Positions 54,930-64,000 of a stretch of 64,000 bases of DNA are shown piece after piece. The stretch comes from Minutocellus sp. GHC0000111. Lineage: Eukaryota. The stretch covers positions 4,402,001 through 4,466,000 of the forward strand of contig OZ361258.1 of the NCBI GenBank assembly GCA_977018835.1. The letters run 5' to 3'. Positions within the stretch are counted from its first letter, which is position 1; every line of letters begins with the position of its first letter. The position numbers and the translations under genes were made by a program. A model generated the notes under the pieces. That model was not told the DNA's origin. It worked only from the letters and a program-made list of their open reading frames with translations, and did not search any database.

Positions 54930-57900
54930 TTACTTGGGAACCGGAAGATTCAGCCTCTCGGCAATGAGAGCGGCCTCGGGTTGTGATACTTCAGCGTCGA
55001 CCTGGCCGTTCATTAGCCGCCACGTTTTCTTTCTATCGGCGCTCCATGCAACGCCCTCGCCTTTGCGTTGGTCGTCTTCGTAGATGCCGCAGTCGGCATC
55101 GCCCTCCGGCCATAGGTAGGTGCCTCGCCCATGCCGTACATTATCACGGAACTCTCCTTCATATCGACCTCCCATGGCATCGAGCATGGTGCCCCACCCT
55201 TCTCTCATGTCTTCTTTCCAGAGCCCCTTGTATTGGGACCCATCGGAACTTCGAAGGGTGCCACGGCCATCTTTCATGCCGACATGGAAGTCGCCGTCGT
55301 AGACATCGCCATCGGCGTAGCGGAGGACACCGCGACGATGGAACTTGCCCGCGCGAAAATCACCTTCGTATTGGTTACCGAAGGCATCAACGTAGTGTCC
55401 TCCGCCCTCCATAGAGTCTTGACGCCAGCTACCAACGTAACGCGATCCATTGACATCGGTATACACACCGTGTCCGTCGCACTGGTCGTTGTGCCATTCG
55501 CCTTCGTAGGTATTGCCGGAGGCATACTGGTAGGTTCCCTGACCGCTGAAGGATCCAGCTTTGAAGTTGCCTTCGTACTTGTCACTGTGATATGGAAAGA
55601 ATAAAAACAATGGGAGAAAACAAAAGGTTCGAACGTTAGCAAAGTCATAAGAAAAAACATAGAATAACAATGTAGAAAGCCACGATGGCAGACAAACTTA
55701 CCCATCGCTGTATTCCATTCTACCCATGCCGTCCATGACGTCGTCGTTCCACCATCCGGCGTACTTATCGCCGTCGACAAAGTGTATCACGCCGTAGCCA
55801 TGACGCCGACCGTCGCCGACAATCTGACCCTCGTACTCTCCGTCGTGGAAAGTCCTTCGGACCGATGGAGGGCCGGTGGGACTATGACGCAGGTCGTCGG
55901 CAAGCGATCTGCTTCCTCCTCTGGAATCCATCAGGAGACTTCGGGGAGAGGCTTGCGGATTGAGGCCCGGAGCACCAATACCGCGGGATGATCGGGACCG
56001 GCGAGCAGACCCAGAAGCATGTGGACCCTTCTTGGCAAAATTGCCAGTGGGCAGGGCATACTTGCGATTACTCTTGGTCCTTCTCTTCTTGGCGGTTGCT
56101 GAAGAAAAGGCAGTACTGTCCTTCCGAGGCCGTCCCCTCTTCTTGCCACCGATAGAACTGGAGGTGCTGTTCAGACTGCCGCCATCCTCGCCGGCGTGAC
56201 GAGGATCGGCCGCAGTACCAAACAAGGCGTCCGAGGCGTGGAGGAGGGATTGGAAGGCCTCACTCTCCGACGGGCAGGTGCTGTCCTGCGATCCCATCCG
56301 GTGGATGCTTCGGTGGTCCTTCGGAGTACCGGCGTGGAATGGGCTGAGGGCCGCGTTGGGGAACAGGCCAGAACCGAAGGAATCGTTCCGACGATGATGA
56401 GCGGCCTGCGGACCGGGACTGTTGATGGCGGCGAGGTTGCGAGCAAAGGTGACGCTGCCCTCGTCCCGGTATTGGCCCCGGGGGGTGACGCCCAAGAAGT
56501 CAAAGACGCGGGGAGTGCGGAGGTTGTCGCCGCGGGGAGTGGCCAGCCCCGCCGGCGGTGCAGCGGACCTGTCCTTGGCCAGGTACGACGTCCACGGACT
56601 GAAGGGCGGGTGATTCGGCTGAGCGGAATGCGCGCCACCGTCGTATCCTGCAATTCCGTCGGTCTGCTGGGCGAGCAGCTCGTTCGTGGGAGTTTGGACA
56701 CGCTTCTTCTGGTCCTCGGTGGAGGCATCGCTGGCGGCAGACTCGTCCGCCCAACCGGCGTTGGCACCCTGGTCGTTCTTGGAGGCATCCTTCTCCTTCT
56801 TCTTCGAAATGGCTTGTACTTGCGATGCCAACACTGCGGCCGTGGACGATTCGGAGTCGCTGTTGCCCTCCCCGCTGGGGGTAATGACGTGCTTCCCCCG
56901 CTTGCCCTTGGTGCCGTGGGGACTTGGACTGATGGGACGATGCCTATCCCCCTGCCGTTGATGCTGGTCCTGATCCTGTTGCCGCTGGGCTCCCGCCGCC
57001 ACCGCGACGTTGGAGCTGGGATTGGCGTTGGTGCTTGGGCTGGCATTGGCAGTAGCGGAGTTGTTGTTGTTGTTGTTGTTGTTGGCCGAGGAGCTACTGG
57101 TAGAACCATTGGGCGTATCAAACTTGGGCCGGAGGAGGGCGGCAACCTTGGGCGGGGGGCTGCCACTGGGACTGCCCATTCGGTTGACCTTGGCCGCGCT
57201 GGGAGAGCGGCGGATGCCGTTGGGGCTGCGGCTGGCGGCCATGCCGCCCGCTCCGGTGCCGGCATCGGCGGAGGCCCCGCCCCCTTCCTTGGGTTGGGAC
57301 GAGGCGCTATCGGCCCCGCCAACACCACCGTCGGCGTCGTTGACGATCCTGCTCTCGGCATCGGTCATGCTGACCGACCGGAGGCTGCCAGCAGCACCAC
57401 CAGCAGCACCGGTGCCATTGGCCGACGCCGACGCCGACGCGCTCAGGTGGCGCATATGGCCGAGGGGCAGAGGCTTGGGAGCGATGGGGGGCTTCCTGTA
57501 CCCTCCGTTGCCGCTACCACCGGCACCCTCGTCGTTGGCCTGGTCGGCGGAGGGATCGTACGACAGCTTCCTCCTCTTGAGGTTGGGGCTGGTGTCCTTC
57601 TTCTTCTTCTTCTTCTGGGACTTGTTCTGCTTGCCCGTGTCGTTGTCGTTGTCCTTGCTAGTATTGGTGTCGTTGGACGATGATGCCCCGGTCTTGTCGT
57701 CGTCGTCGGTGGCGGCATCTGTCTGATTCTTGTTGTGTTGCTGTTGGTGGTGTTGATCGTCCTCGTCCTTGCTGGAACCCGCCGAGGAGGTCCCGTCCAG
57801 CTGGGGCAGGTAGATGTTGTTGGTCGTGGTGGTGGTCTGCTGTTGTTGTTCTTGTGTGGTGTCTGGATTTGGCTGCTGGTTGCCATTACCTGCAGCTGCA

Positions 57901-58730
57901 GCTGCTGTTCCGGAGGAGGCCGAGCTGGTACCATTAGCATCCTGCTGCTGGTTCCCACCACCAGCACGACGACGGTCGGCGGCGGCAATGTCGGCGGCGA
58001 CGACGTCGCTGTACGCGGCCCCGTCCTCGTTGGCGTCGTCCTTGGCACCTCCATGCACCATCGGACTGCGGTGTCCGTACCGGCTGGAATCCAACGGGGT
58101 CAACGCCAATGGACTGAGGTGGGCATCGTCCAGCGTCCCCAGGGGCGTCTTGGGCATCGACTTGCCCCCGAGGGATCGGGACGAGGTCGGGCAGCCGTGC
58201 TGGGCGTAGGCATATCCCGACGGGGGGTAGGCCGCCGAGGAGGACGGGGTCCGCGCGCTGTTGCCGTGGCCGCTGCTGCTGGGATGCGGCTGCCGCGGCA
58301 CGGGGGGACGGTACGCCGGGGGGCTGGCCAAATTGAGCGGATGGGGGGGACGGATCAAACCCCGCCGGACCGAGAGGGGGGTGCCGCTCGCGCTCAGACC
58401 GCCGAGGCCAGCGCCACCGCTGGGGTTGCGCCGGTGGTGAGGGGACAGCAGTGTTCCCCCGCTCCCAGACGAAGCCGCCGACGGGTCATTGCTGTGGTTG
58501 CAGTCGGCCCGGCCGCGCTTCCGGCCGCTGCTGCCGCTGCCGCTCCGACCCCGGCCGCCGCCGTTCGGATTCTGCGTCCGCGACCGCTGGAGGTCCTGCC
58601 GCATCTGCCGGGCCGCGGCCCGGCGGCGGTCGGCGGCTGCCTCCGACGACGCCGACGACGACAGGTTGTCCGCCGAAGCCGAAGCCGAAGCCGAATCCGA
58701 CGCTCGCCAGGGCGGGGAGGACGGGGCCAT
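54930..58730 (-). CDS. MORN-repeat protein with a long disordered N-terminus (intron 55701-55585)
   Basis: Tandem YEGEW..D..HG.G repeats; GTAAGT donor and CAG acceptor restore the frame. Confidence 0.88.
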
Positions 58731-59842
58731 TTACGTTGCTATTCCGCTTCCAAGCCGACCACCCCTTCCTTTATTATTCCGATATTGGTCTCAATCGGTT
58801 GGTCGGTCGGTCGGTGGGAGGTGGGTTGTGCCGTTCGGTTTCGAGTCGGAGGAGGTGCACTGCTCTGGCTGTTCTGATTCGATTCTACGATTCGATTTGT
58901 TTGTGCATGCACCTCCCACGTACCCAAGGCAGGGCCGAGCCAGGAGGCGAGGAATACGGAACCGCCCGATGCCGAGGTTGCTGAAACTATCACCCTTCGG
59001 TGCACTAACTGCCGATATCGAGCACGTCCTTTGTATGGGCTCCCCAACCCAATATTGGCAGCACGATGCAACGATGGCTCTGCCCAGGTCGTAAGCCAAG
59101 CACAGCAGGCTGCGCTTATCGCTCAAAATTTGCTCTTCTCCCACCGATGTACAAACGAGGAAGGAGTGAGGGGAACAAAGGAACCAAGTGTATCCCAAAC
59201 GGGCTGTGACGATCGCTGCCGTTGCGTTGGGAGGGCTGTCCAAACAAACGGCCTCCGAATGGAAATTTGGGCACGGCCACAGAGGGCAAATCGCCGTGCG
59301 AGTAATTCCAAGGAAATCAGGGGGCGAGGAACGATTTAGACACGCGGAGATGATGAAGATCAGATGTTTTCCGAAACTTTCCCAGAGGCTTACGGGATAG
59401 GCCGGCGGCGATGGCAATTGGTTGCAATTGGTGGGCGTTGAATTTTCCACAGCTTTCTCGCTTATTTGAGCGAGCTCCGGCCGGCAATGCCGGCGCGAAC
59501 TGCGTGGAATTCCATTGTTTTCAATTGATTTGGGGTTTTTTGAGTGGGTTGAACTTGGCTTTCGGTGGCAAATTTTCGCGACCAGCCGTTTAGCCGTTGA
59601 CGTACACGTACGTACGTGCAATCATGAATGTTCGGAAACTGCAGATCGATCGATGTCATTGCCGGTTTTGTCACCGCTATTGCACCCCTCGTGTGAGTAA
59701 ATTACCAAGTAGATTGGCACGTGTGAGTGGATTGGCAGAGGCAGAAGGAGAGGCAGCGGACAGCGACGTGTGGCACGTGCTCATCGTCGTAGCTGGACCT
59801 ACTCAAAATCCCAGCAGCCCATGTGAGCCACAAAAACAACAA

Positions 59843-61474
59843 ATGAGCGGACGGTACTCACATCTCGACGGCCGTGAGGAAGACGACGACGACACTACAA
59901 TCAATGACATCGGCAACGAAAACAACAACAAAGGGGTGCGATTTGTCGAGATCGAGGATCAGCAGCAGGATGAATTTGCGGACGAAGCATTCGTGGAGCA
60001 CGAAGACCGGCGTGGTGCCAATGCCGACAACGGCGACGACCGTCCCTCGACCAACAGCACCAACACCAGCACCAGCACATTGTACCTTGGCATCGTCACG
60101 TCGCTCGGCTTCTGCGCCACGTACTTTTGGAGATATCCCATCTTTATGCTCCCGCCCGACATACTGTCCACACCCGTCGTAACCGTGCCCAACATCTTTG
60201 GCAATGCCTCTACTACATCCACCATCACCCTCGACCTCCAATCCAGCTTCTCCCTCGCCTACATTGGTGGCATGGGATCGGCCAAATTTATGGGCATGCG
60301 CTTAATCGCCTCGGACTTCTTCTTCCGCCATCGGCTGGCCGTCATCTGCGCCCTGGCGATCTTTACCATGCTGACGGAATGCGTCGGTGTTTGGGCCTTT
60401 GCATCGATCCCGCCGCTGCAGGTGGCGTCGGTGTTCGCTTCGTCCTTCGTCAACAGCTGGACCTACGGTGCCGTCCTTACCTACATTGAGGGCCGAGAGG
60501 CGACGGAAACTCTGTTGGCCATTATGGGATTGTTTTTCATTGATGCCGGCGGGGCATCCAGGGGTGCTGCAACGATGGCACTGAATGCGGGCGTGCCACC
60601 CCTCCTCATGCCGCTGACGCTGGGGATGATTGCATGTCCCATCAGCTGTTTCATGATGTACCTCACGGATCGATGTCCGAAGCCATCGGCTGCCGATTTG
60701 GCATCGCGATGCGAGAGGTCGCCTATTTCCCCGTCCGATCAGCGCAAGTTCCTTTCCACGTATGCCATTGGGATGGCTACGATCTACATATCTTATGCAA
60801 TATTGACGGGTTTGAGATCGTTCCGTGATTATTTTGCCGAACAAATCTACACGGCTGCCCTTCAGGACGAACCGGCCGCCTGGATATTTTTGGTTGCCGA
60901 CCTACCTGGAGCCATTTTGGCATCGGCCGTGCTGTACTCGTTCAAGTCACACCAGGAACACGGAGCAGCTCTTCAGGCCATGCTCTGCACATGCGTTGGT
61001 GTTGGTCCTCTCATTCTTGTGGCCACCAGCATGTTTGCCGCGAATCTAATCGGGGGACTACTGTGGCAGATGACACTGGGAGTGGGCCTATATGTTGCAT
61101 ACAATATCCTCACCAGCGCCGTTTATGACAGAATTGTTGCGGCGACGAATACGGAAGGTACCTGCACATTCCTGGTGTTCCTTGGCGACTGCTTTGGATA
61201 CGTCGTTACTTTTGCGATTCTACTTTTGCGAGATTTTGGTTCTAGCAGTAGTGACTGTGATGGTGATGATGACGGAACGTCCGATAAAGAGACTATTCTT
61301 AGCGTCTTCTTTACCTTTGTTTACTTGGGAATTGGAGTATCAGTTGGTTGTCTTCTTGCAGCACGTTGTTACTTTTGGAAACGATTGCGAGAAGACGACA
61401 ATGCATCAGAGCTCGAAGTTGTGCGCTTGGCAGAGCAATCTGAATTGGATTTGGACGGCCATGTGATGACATGA
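59843..61474 (+). CDS. DUF5690-like multi-pass (MFS-like) transporter
   Basis: FCATYFWRYPIF, SAKFMGMRL, YGAVLTYIEGREATE, LTGLRSFRDYF, GDCFGY; about 12 hydrophobic segments. Confidence 0.7.
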   Translation: MSGRYSHLDGREEDDDDTTINDIGNENNNKGVRFVEIEDQQQDEFADEAFVEHEDRRGANADNGDDRPSTNSTNTSTSTLYLGIVTSLGFCATYFWRYPIFMLPPDILSTPVVTVPNIFGNASTTSTITLDLQSSFSLAYIGGMGSAKFMGMRLIASDFFFRHRLAVICALAIFTMLTECVGVWAFASIPPLQVASVFASSFVNSWTYGAVLTYIEGREATETLLAIMGLFFIDAGGASRGAATMALNAGVPPLLMPLTLGMIACPISCFMMYLTDRCPKPSAADLASRCERSPISPSDQRKFLSTYAIGMATIYISYAILTGLRSFRDYFAEQIYTAALQDEPAAWIFLVADLPGAILASAVLYSFKSHQEHGAALQAMLCTCVGVGPLILVATSMFAANLIGGLLWQMTLGVGLYVAYNILTSAVYDRIVAATNTEGTCTFLVFLGDCFGYVVTFAILLLRDFGSSSSDCDGDDDGTSDKETILSVFFTFVYLGIGVSVGCLLAARCYFWKRLREDDNASELEVVRLAEQSELDLDGHVMT

Positions 61475-61657
61475 CAATAAACAATACATAAACTTTTTTA
61501 GACGCAACCAGTAAATTGGCATGTCGGGGAGGCACATTCCCTTTGACCTACATTCTCCTACATGTATATAAAGTCTTACCGGTACATATGGGCCTCCATT
61601 TCTCAGATTTCGCAAAAAAAAATTAACATCAGAATTATTTTCATTTAGCTCTCCTTT

Positions 61658-61981
61658 CTACATGTACTTGGTCCTCTGTGGGGAGATTCGCACCCGCAGA
61701 TATTGCTCAAGATATTGCTCAATTTCTGCGTGTCCTTCGCGGATAGCATCATCCAAGGCGGTGTTACCAAAGCGATCCATTCCATTGACCGTAGCCCCAT
61801 TGGAAAAGAGCCATTTCAACGCCCGGAAGTTGCCATTGCTTGCCGCGAGATGCGCGGCGGTACGGCCGTCATAGTCACAAGCATTTGAAGACACCCCGTC
61901 TTGTAGCATTTCTTGTAGCTTGGGTATGATACCTAATGCGGCAGCCTTGCAGAGAAGTCCCTTCGAGCCTATCTGACCCAT
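61658..61981 (-). CDS. Ankyrin-repeat ORF/fragment
   Basis: DYDGRTAAHLAASNG, DRFGNTALDDAIREGH. Confidence 0.7.
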   Translation of the reverse strand: MGQIGSKGLLCKAAALGIIPKLQEMLQDGVSSNACDYDGRTAAHLAASNGNFRALKWLFSNGATVNGMDRFGNTALDDAIREGHAEIEQYLEQYLRVRISPQRTKYM

Positions 61982-62011
61982 GAGAATAGACCATGAGCCA
62001 CCGACAATCTA

Positions 62012-62704
62012 TTAACGCATGATGCTCTTCGGGTAGTTATCGAAGAGCATCTTCTTCGTTACGATTCCCGCCACCTCGTACGAGACTGATTCACCCGACT
62101 TTGCCAACGCCCCTTTGTCCGTTGAATCGACATCCATCTTTGAGAAAGAATCTCCACCATCGCCGCCTTCCCCGCTTTCGTCGCGCTTGCGCTTCTTCTT
62201 TTTCATGACAACAAAGGGCTGTTTCAGCGTCTCCACCTTGCCCTTTAGTTCATGGCTTCCCAGTGTCATTATTGGCGTGCCCTGTTGTATCCGACGTACG
62301 TGCCGATTAGAGCGGAGTGGAACGAGGGGCATGGTGAGATATGTGATATTAATACGTGTGCGAATCAAAACTTCCTTGCGCCTGGCGTTGCATCGACGAA
62401 AAAGATAATTTATTTACACAATCTTTTACCAACGAGATTCATTTATGATAGATAATCACGTTTCGCCCATGTGCAAGTGCACAGAGTATTATTATAATGA
62501 AACACTTACGTCGGAGGAAAAGCGGACGGAGCCCAATTCCATTCTGGTGCCGGCTTGGCCTTGGGTTGTGACGGTGCCGCCGGACGAAGAAGCAGCCGAT
62601 CCGACCGAAGGGGGGACAAGCTCGCCGTTCAATTCGAGAAGCGACCACTCCTGCGGAGTATCGTCGTCATCGTCGGCGGCGCCAGACCGGATGGGGATGA
62701 GCAT
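62012..62704 (-). CDS. CTF8: Chromosome transmission fidelity protein 8 (intron 62509-62282)
   Basis: EWSLLELNGEL, ELG, LGSHELKGKVETLKQPFVVM, YEVAGIVTKKMLFDNYP; in-frame GT-AG join. Confidence 0.9.
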
Positions 62705-63323
62705 GGTAGCGCTGGGCTCTGGGCTGGGCTCGGGGCTTGGGGCATGGGCTAGCTGGAGATGGTTCGAAAAAAAGAAGGGAAAGATGATTCGACGGAAAGA
62801 CTGATGTGATGACTCGACTCCCTCGACTGAATCGGCGTTTATGAATTTATGAAGCAAGCAAACGAGCGACATACGGACGAAAACGGTCCCAAGTAAGTAA
62901 AAATAAGAAATTTTCCCAAAAATCTCAAAGTGGCCGTGATGCACCCACTGGCGAGAAGATGCCTCCGCGATAGTTCCCCACCATTTGACCTCTGTGCGTC
63001 GCAAGAGAAAGGACGGTTGATGCCGTTTTAGTTGCACTCTCTGATAGCGGCCAGCCATTGCAAGGGATATTGCATTCGCTTTTGCGCCTTGCGTATATTT
63101 GGAGCGAATCGCAACTCCATCGCTTCGCTTGATCGAAGCGATATTGAGAATCCAAAAGCAATCCTCGGGATACCATTTTCATTGCCTTGTGTGGTCGTTT
63201 GAGGCACCCTCCATCATTGCCCCATTGCGTCCGAACGGCGGAACCTCTCGCTGTCAAATTCCCAACCAGCCCAGATATCAATCTGGAGAACATTGTTCTT
63301 GAACCGCAAGTAAGTGCAAATAA

Positions 63324-64000
63324 ATGTTCGGCGACGCAGATACGCACTGGCCGCCGCTGACGCCGACGACGGTCGCCGTTCATGACGACGGCAACGGCCC
63401 CAGCCATCTGACCAAAAAGCAGAAGCAGCGGGTGAAGGAGCAGCAGCGTCTCAAGCTCAAGAAGGCGCAGGAGGCGGCCGGTCCTGTGCGGAAGAGCTGG
63501 TACGACATTTCGGAGGAACCCAGCCGCGACTATGACGACGAAGACGTCCAGTCCAGCGTATCTTCTTCCGCGTCGGGGGGAGATGGGGCCGATGGAAATG
63601 CAAACGGCACCTCTGCGGCCGCTGCCGCACCGGCCGGCCCTCAGGAAATGATGCGATCGGAACTGATGACAACCTACGGATATCCGCCGGAGGAGATCGA
63701 TGCGGCCATGGAAAAAATGTTCGAGCTGGGCCTCCCGTACGACGACGCCGAGGAGGTCGATGCCTTCCTCCGGTTGGAGAAGGTGAAGGAACTTAGCACA
63801 GCAGCCAGTGCCGGACGCGAGGCAGTGTCGGCAGGAACCGAGTCTCAGTCTCGTGATAAGGAATCCCAAACTCCAACCCTGCCATCGACGCCGCCCGATG
63901 ATAGCGGCAGCCGAGAAGAGGAGGCCGACGAGACCAAGGAGGAGGAGGAGGAGGTTGAGGAGCCGGCCATTTCCGGAGGAGACGACGTCGGAGACGATGC
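63324..64000 (+). CDS. Partial CDS (runs off the window), possible UBA-like motif
   Basis: Open from ATG 63324 to the window end; LMTTYGYPPEEIDAAM. Confidence 0.65.
   Translation, partial: MFGDADTHWPPLTPTTVAVHDDGNGPSHLTKKQKQRVKEQQRLKLKKAQEAAGPVRKSWYDISEEPSRDYDDEDVQSSVSSSASGGDGADGNANGTSAAAAAPAGPQEMMRSELMTTYGYPPEEIDAAMEKMFELGLPYDDAEEVDAFLRLEKVKELSTAASAGREAVSAGTESQSRDKESQTPTLPSTPPDDSGSREEEADETKEEEEEVEEPAISGGDDVGDD

Noticed and set aside
56171..58877. Long overlapping plus-strand and alternate-frame ORFs (also at 11884-12742, 31978-32733, 50731-52042, 62925-63869)
   Set aside because: Antisense shadows of GC-rich, codon-biased real genes; no independent motifs.
8763..62704. DNA-maintenance gene cluster (exonuclease, NSE1, RAD18, CTF8)
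   Set aside because: Spread over 54 kb among unrelated genes; compatible with chance.

Overview
Gene-dense eukaryotic nuclear DNA with short GT-AG introns and bipartite ER/plastid-type presequences (signal peptide + AF motif). Together with a silaffin-like gene and a CoDi-like Copia relic, this points to a diatom; a CEP20/FOR20 homologue hints at a centric lineage with flagellate sperm. About 35 protein-coding genes are recognisable, including GT11, an organellar 5'-3' exonuclease, NSE1, RETICULATA-like, DGD1, DUF3007, Asp/Asn hydroxylase, D-cysteine desulfhydrase, MFS, two sulfotransferases, Mpv17, 2OG oxygenases, RAD18, SGNH hydrolase, MORN, DUF5690-like and CTF8. A 1.5 kb internally deleted LTR element sits at the left end. 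Most notable: (1) a secreted silaffin-like precursor with RXL sites, KXXK repeats and an HGGDTG module; (2) a Zn-deaminase / 2OG-Fe(II) dioxygenase fusion broken by a 10 bp duplication and divergent from a second 2OG oxygenase; (3) a 5'-3' exonuclease with a Pol I thumb-like fragment placed N-terminally; (4) an LTR element with non-canonical TA...TA termini next to a chromo-like/RING gene; (5) RAD18 and NSE1 with altered Zn-finger architecture; (6) a tRNA-3'-half-like element with encoded CCA. Roughly ten frameshifts or in-frame stops suggest either assembly errors or a decaying haplotype. All family calls come from motif recognition by eye, not database searches.
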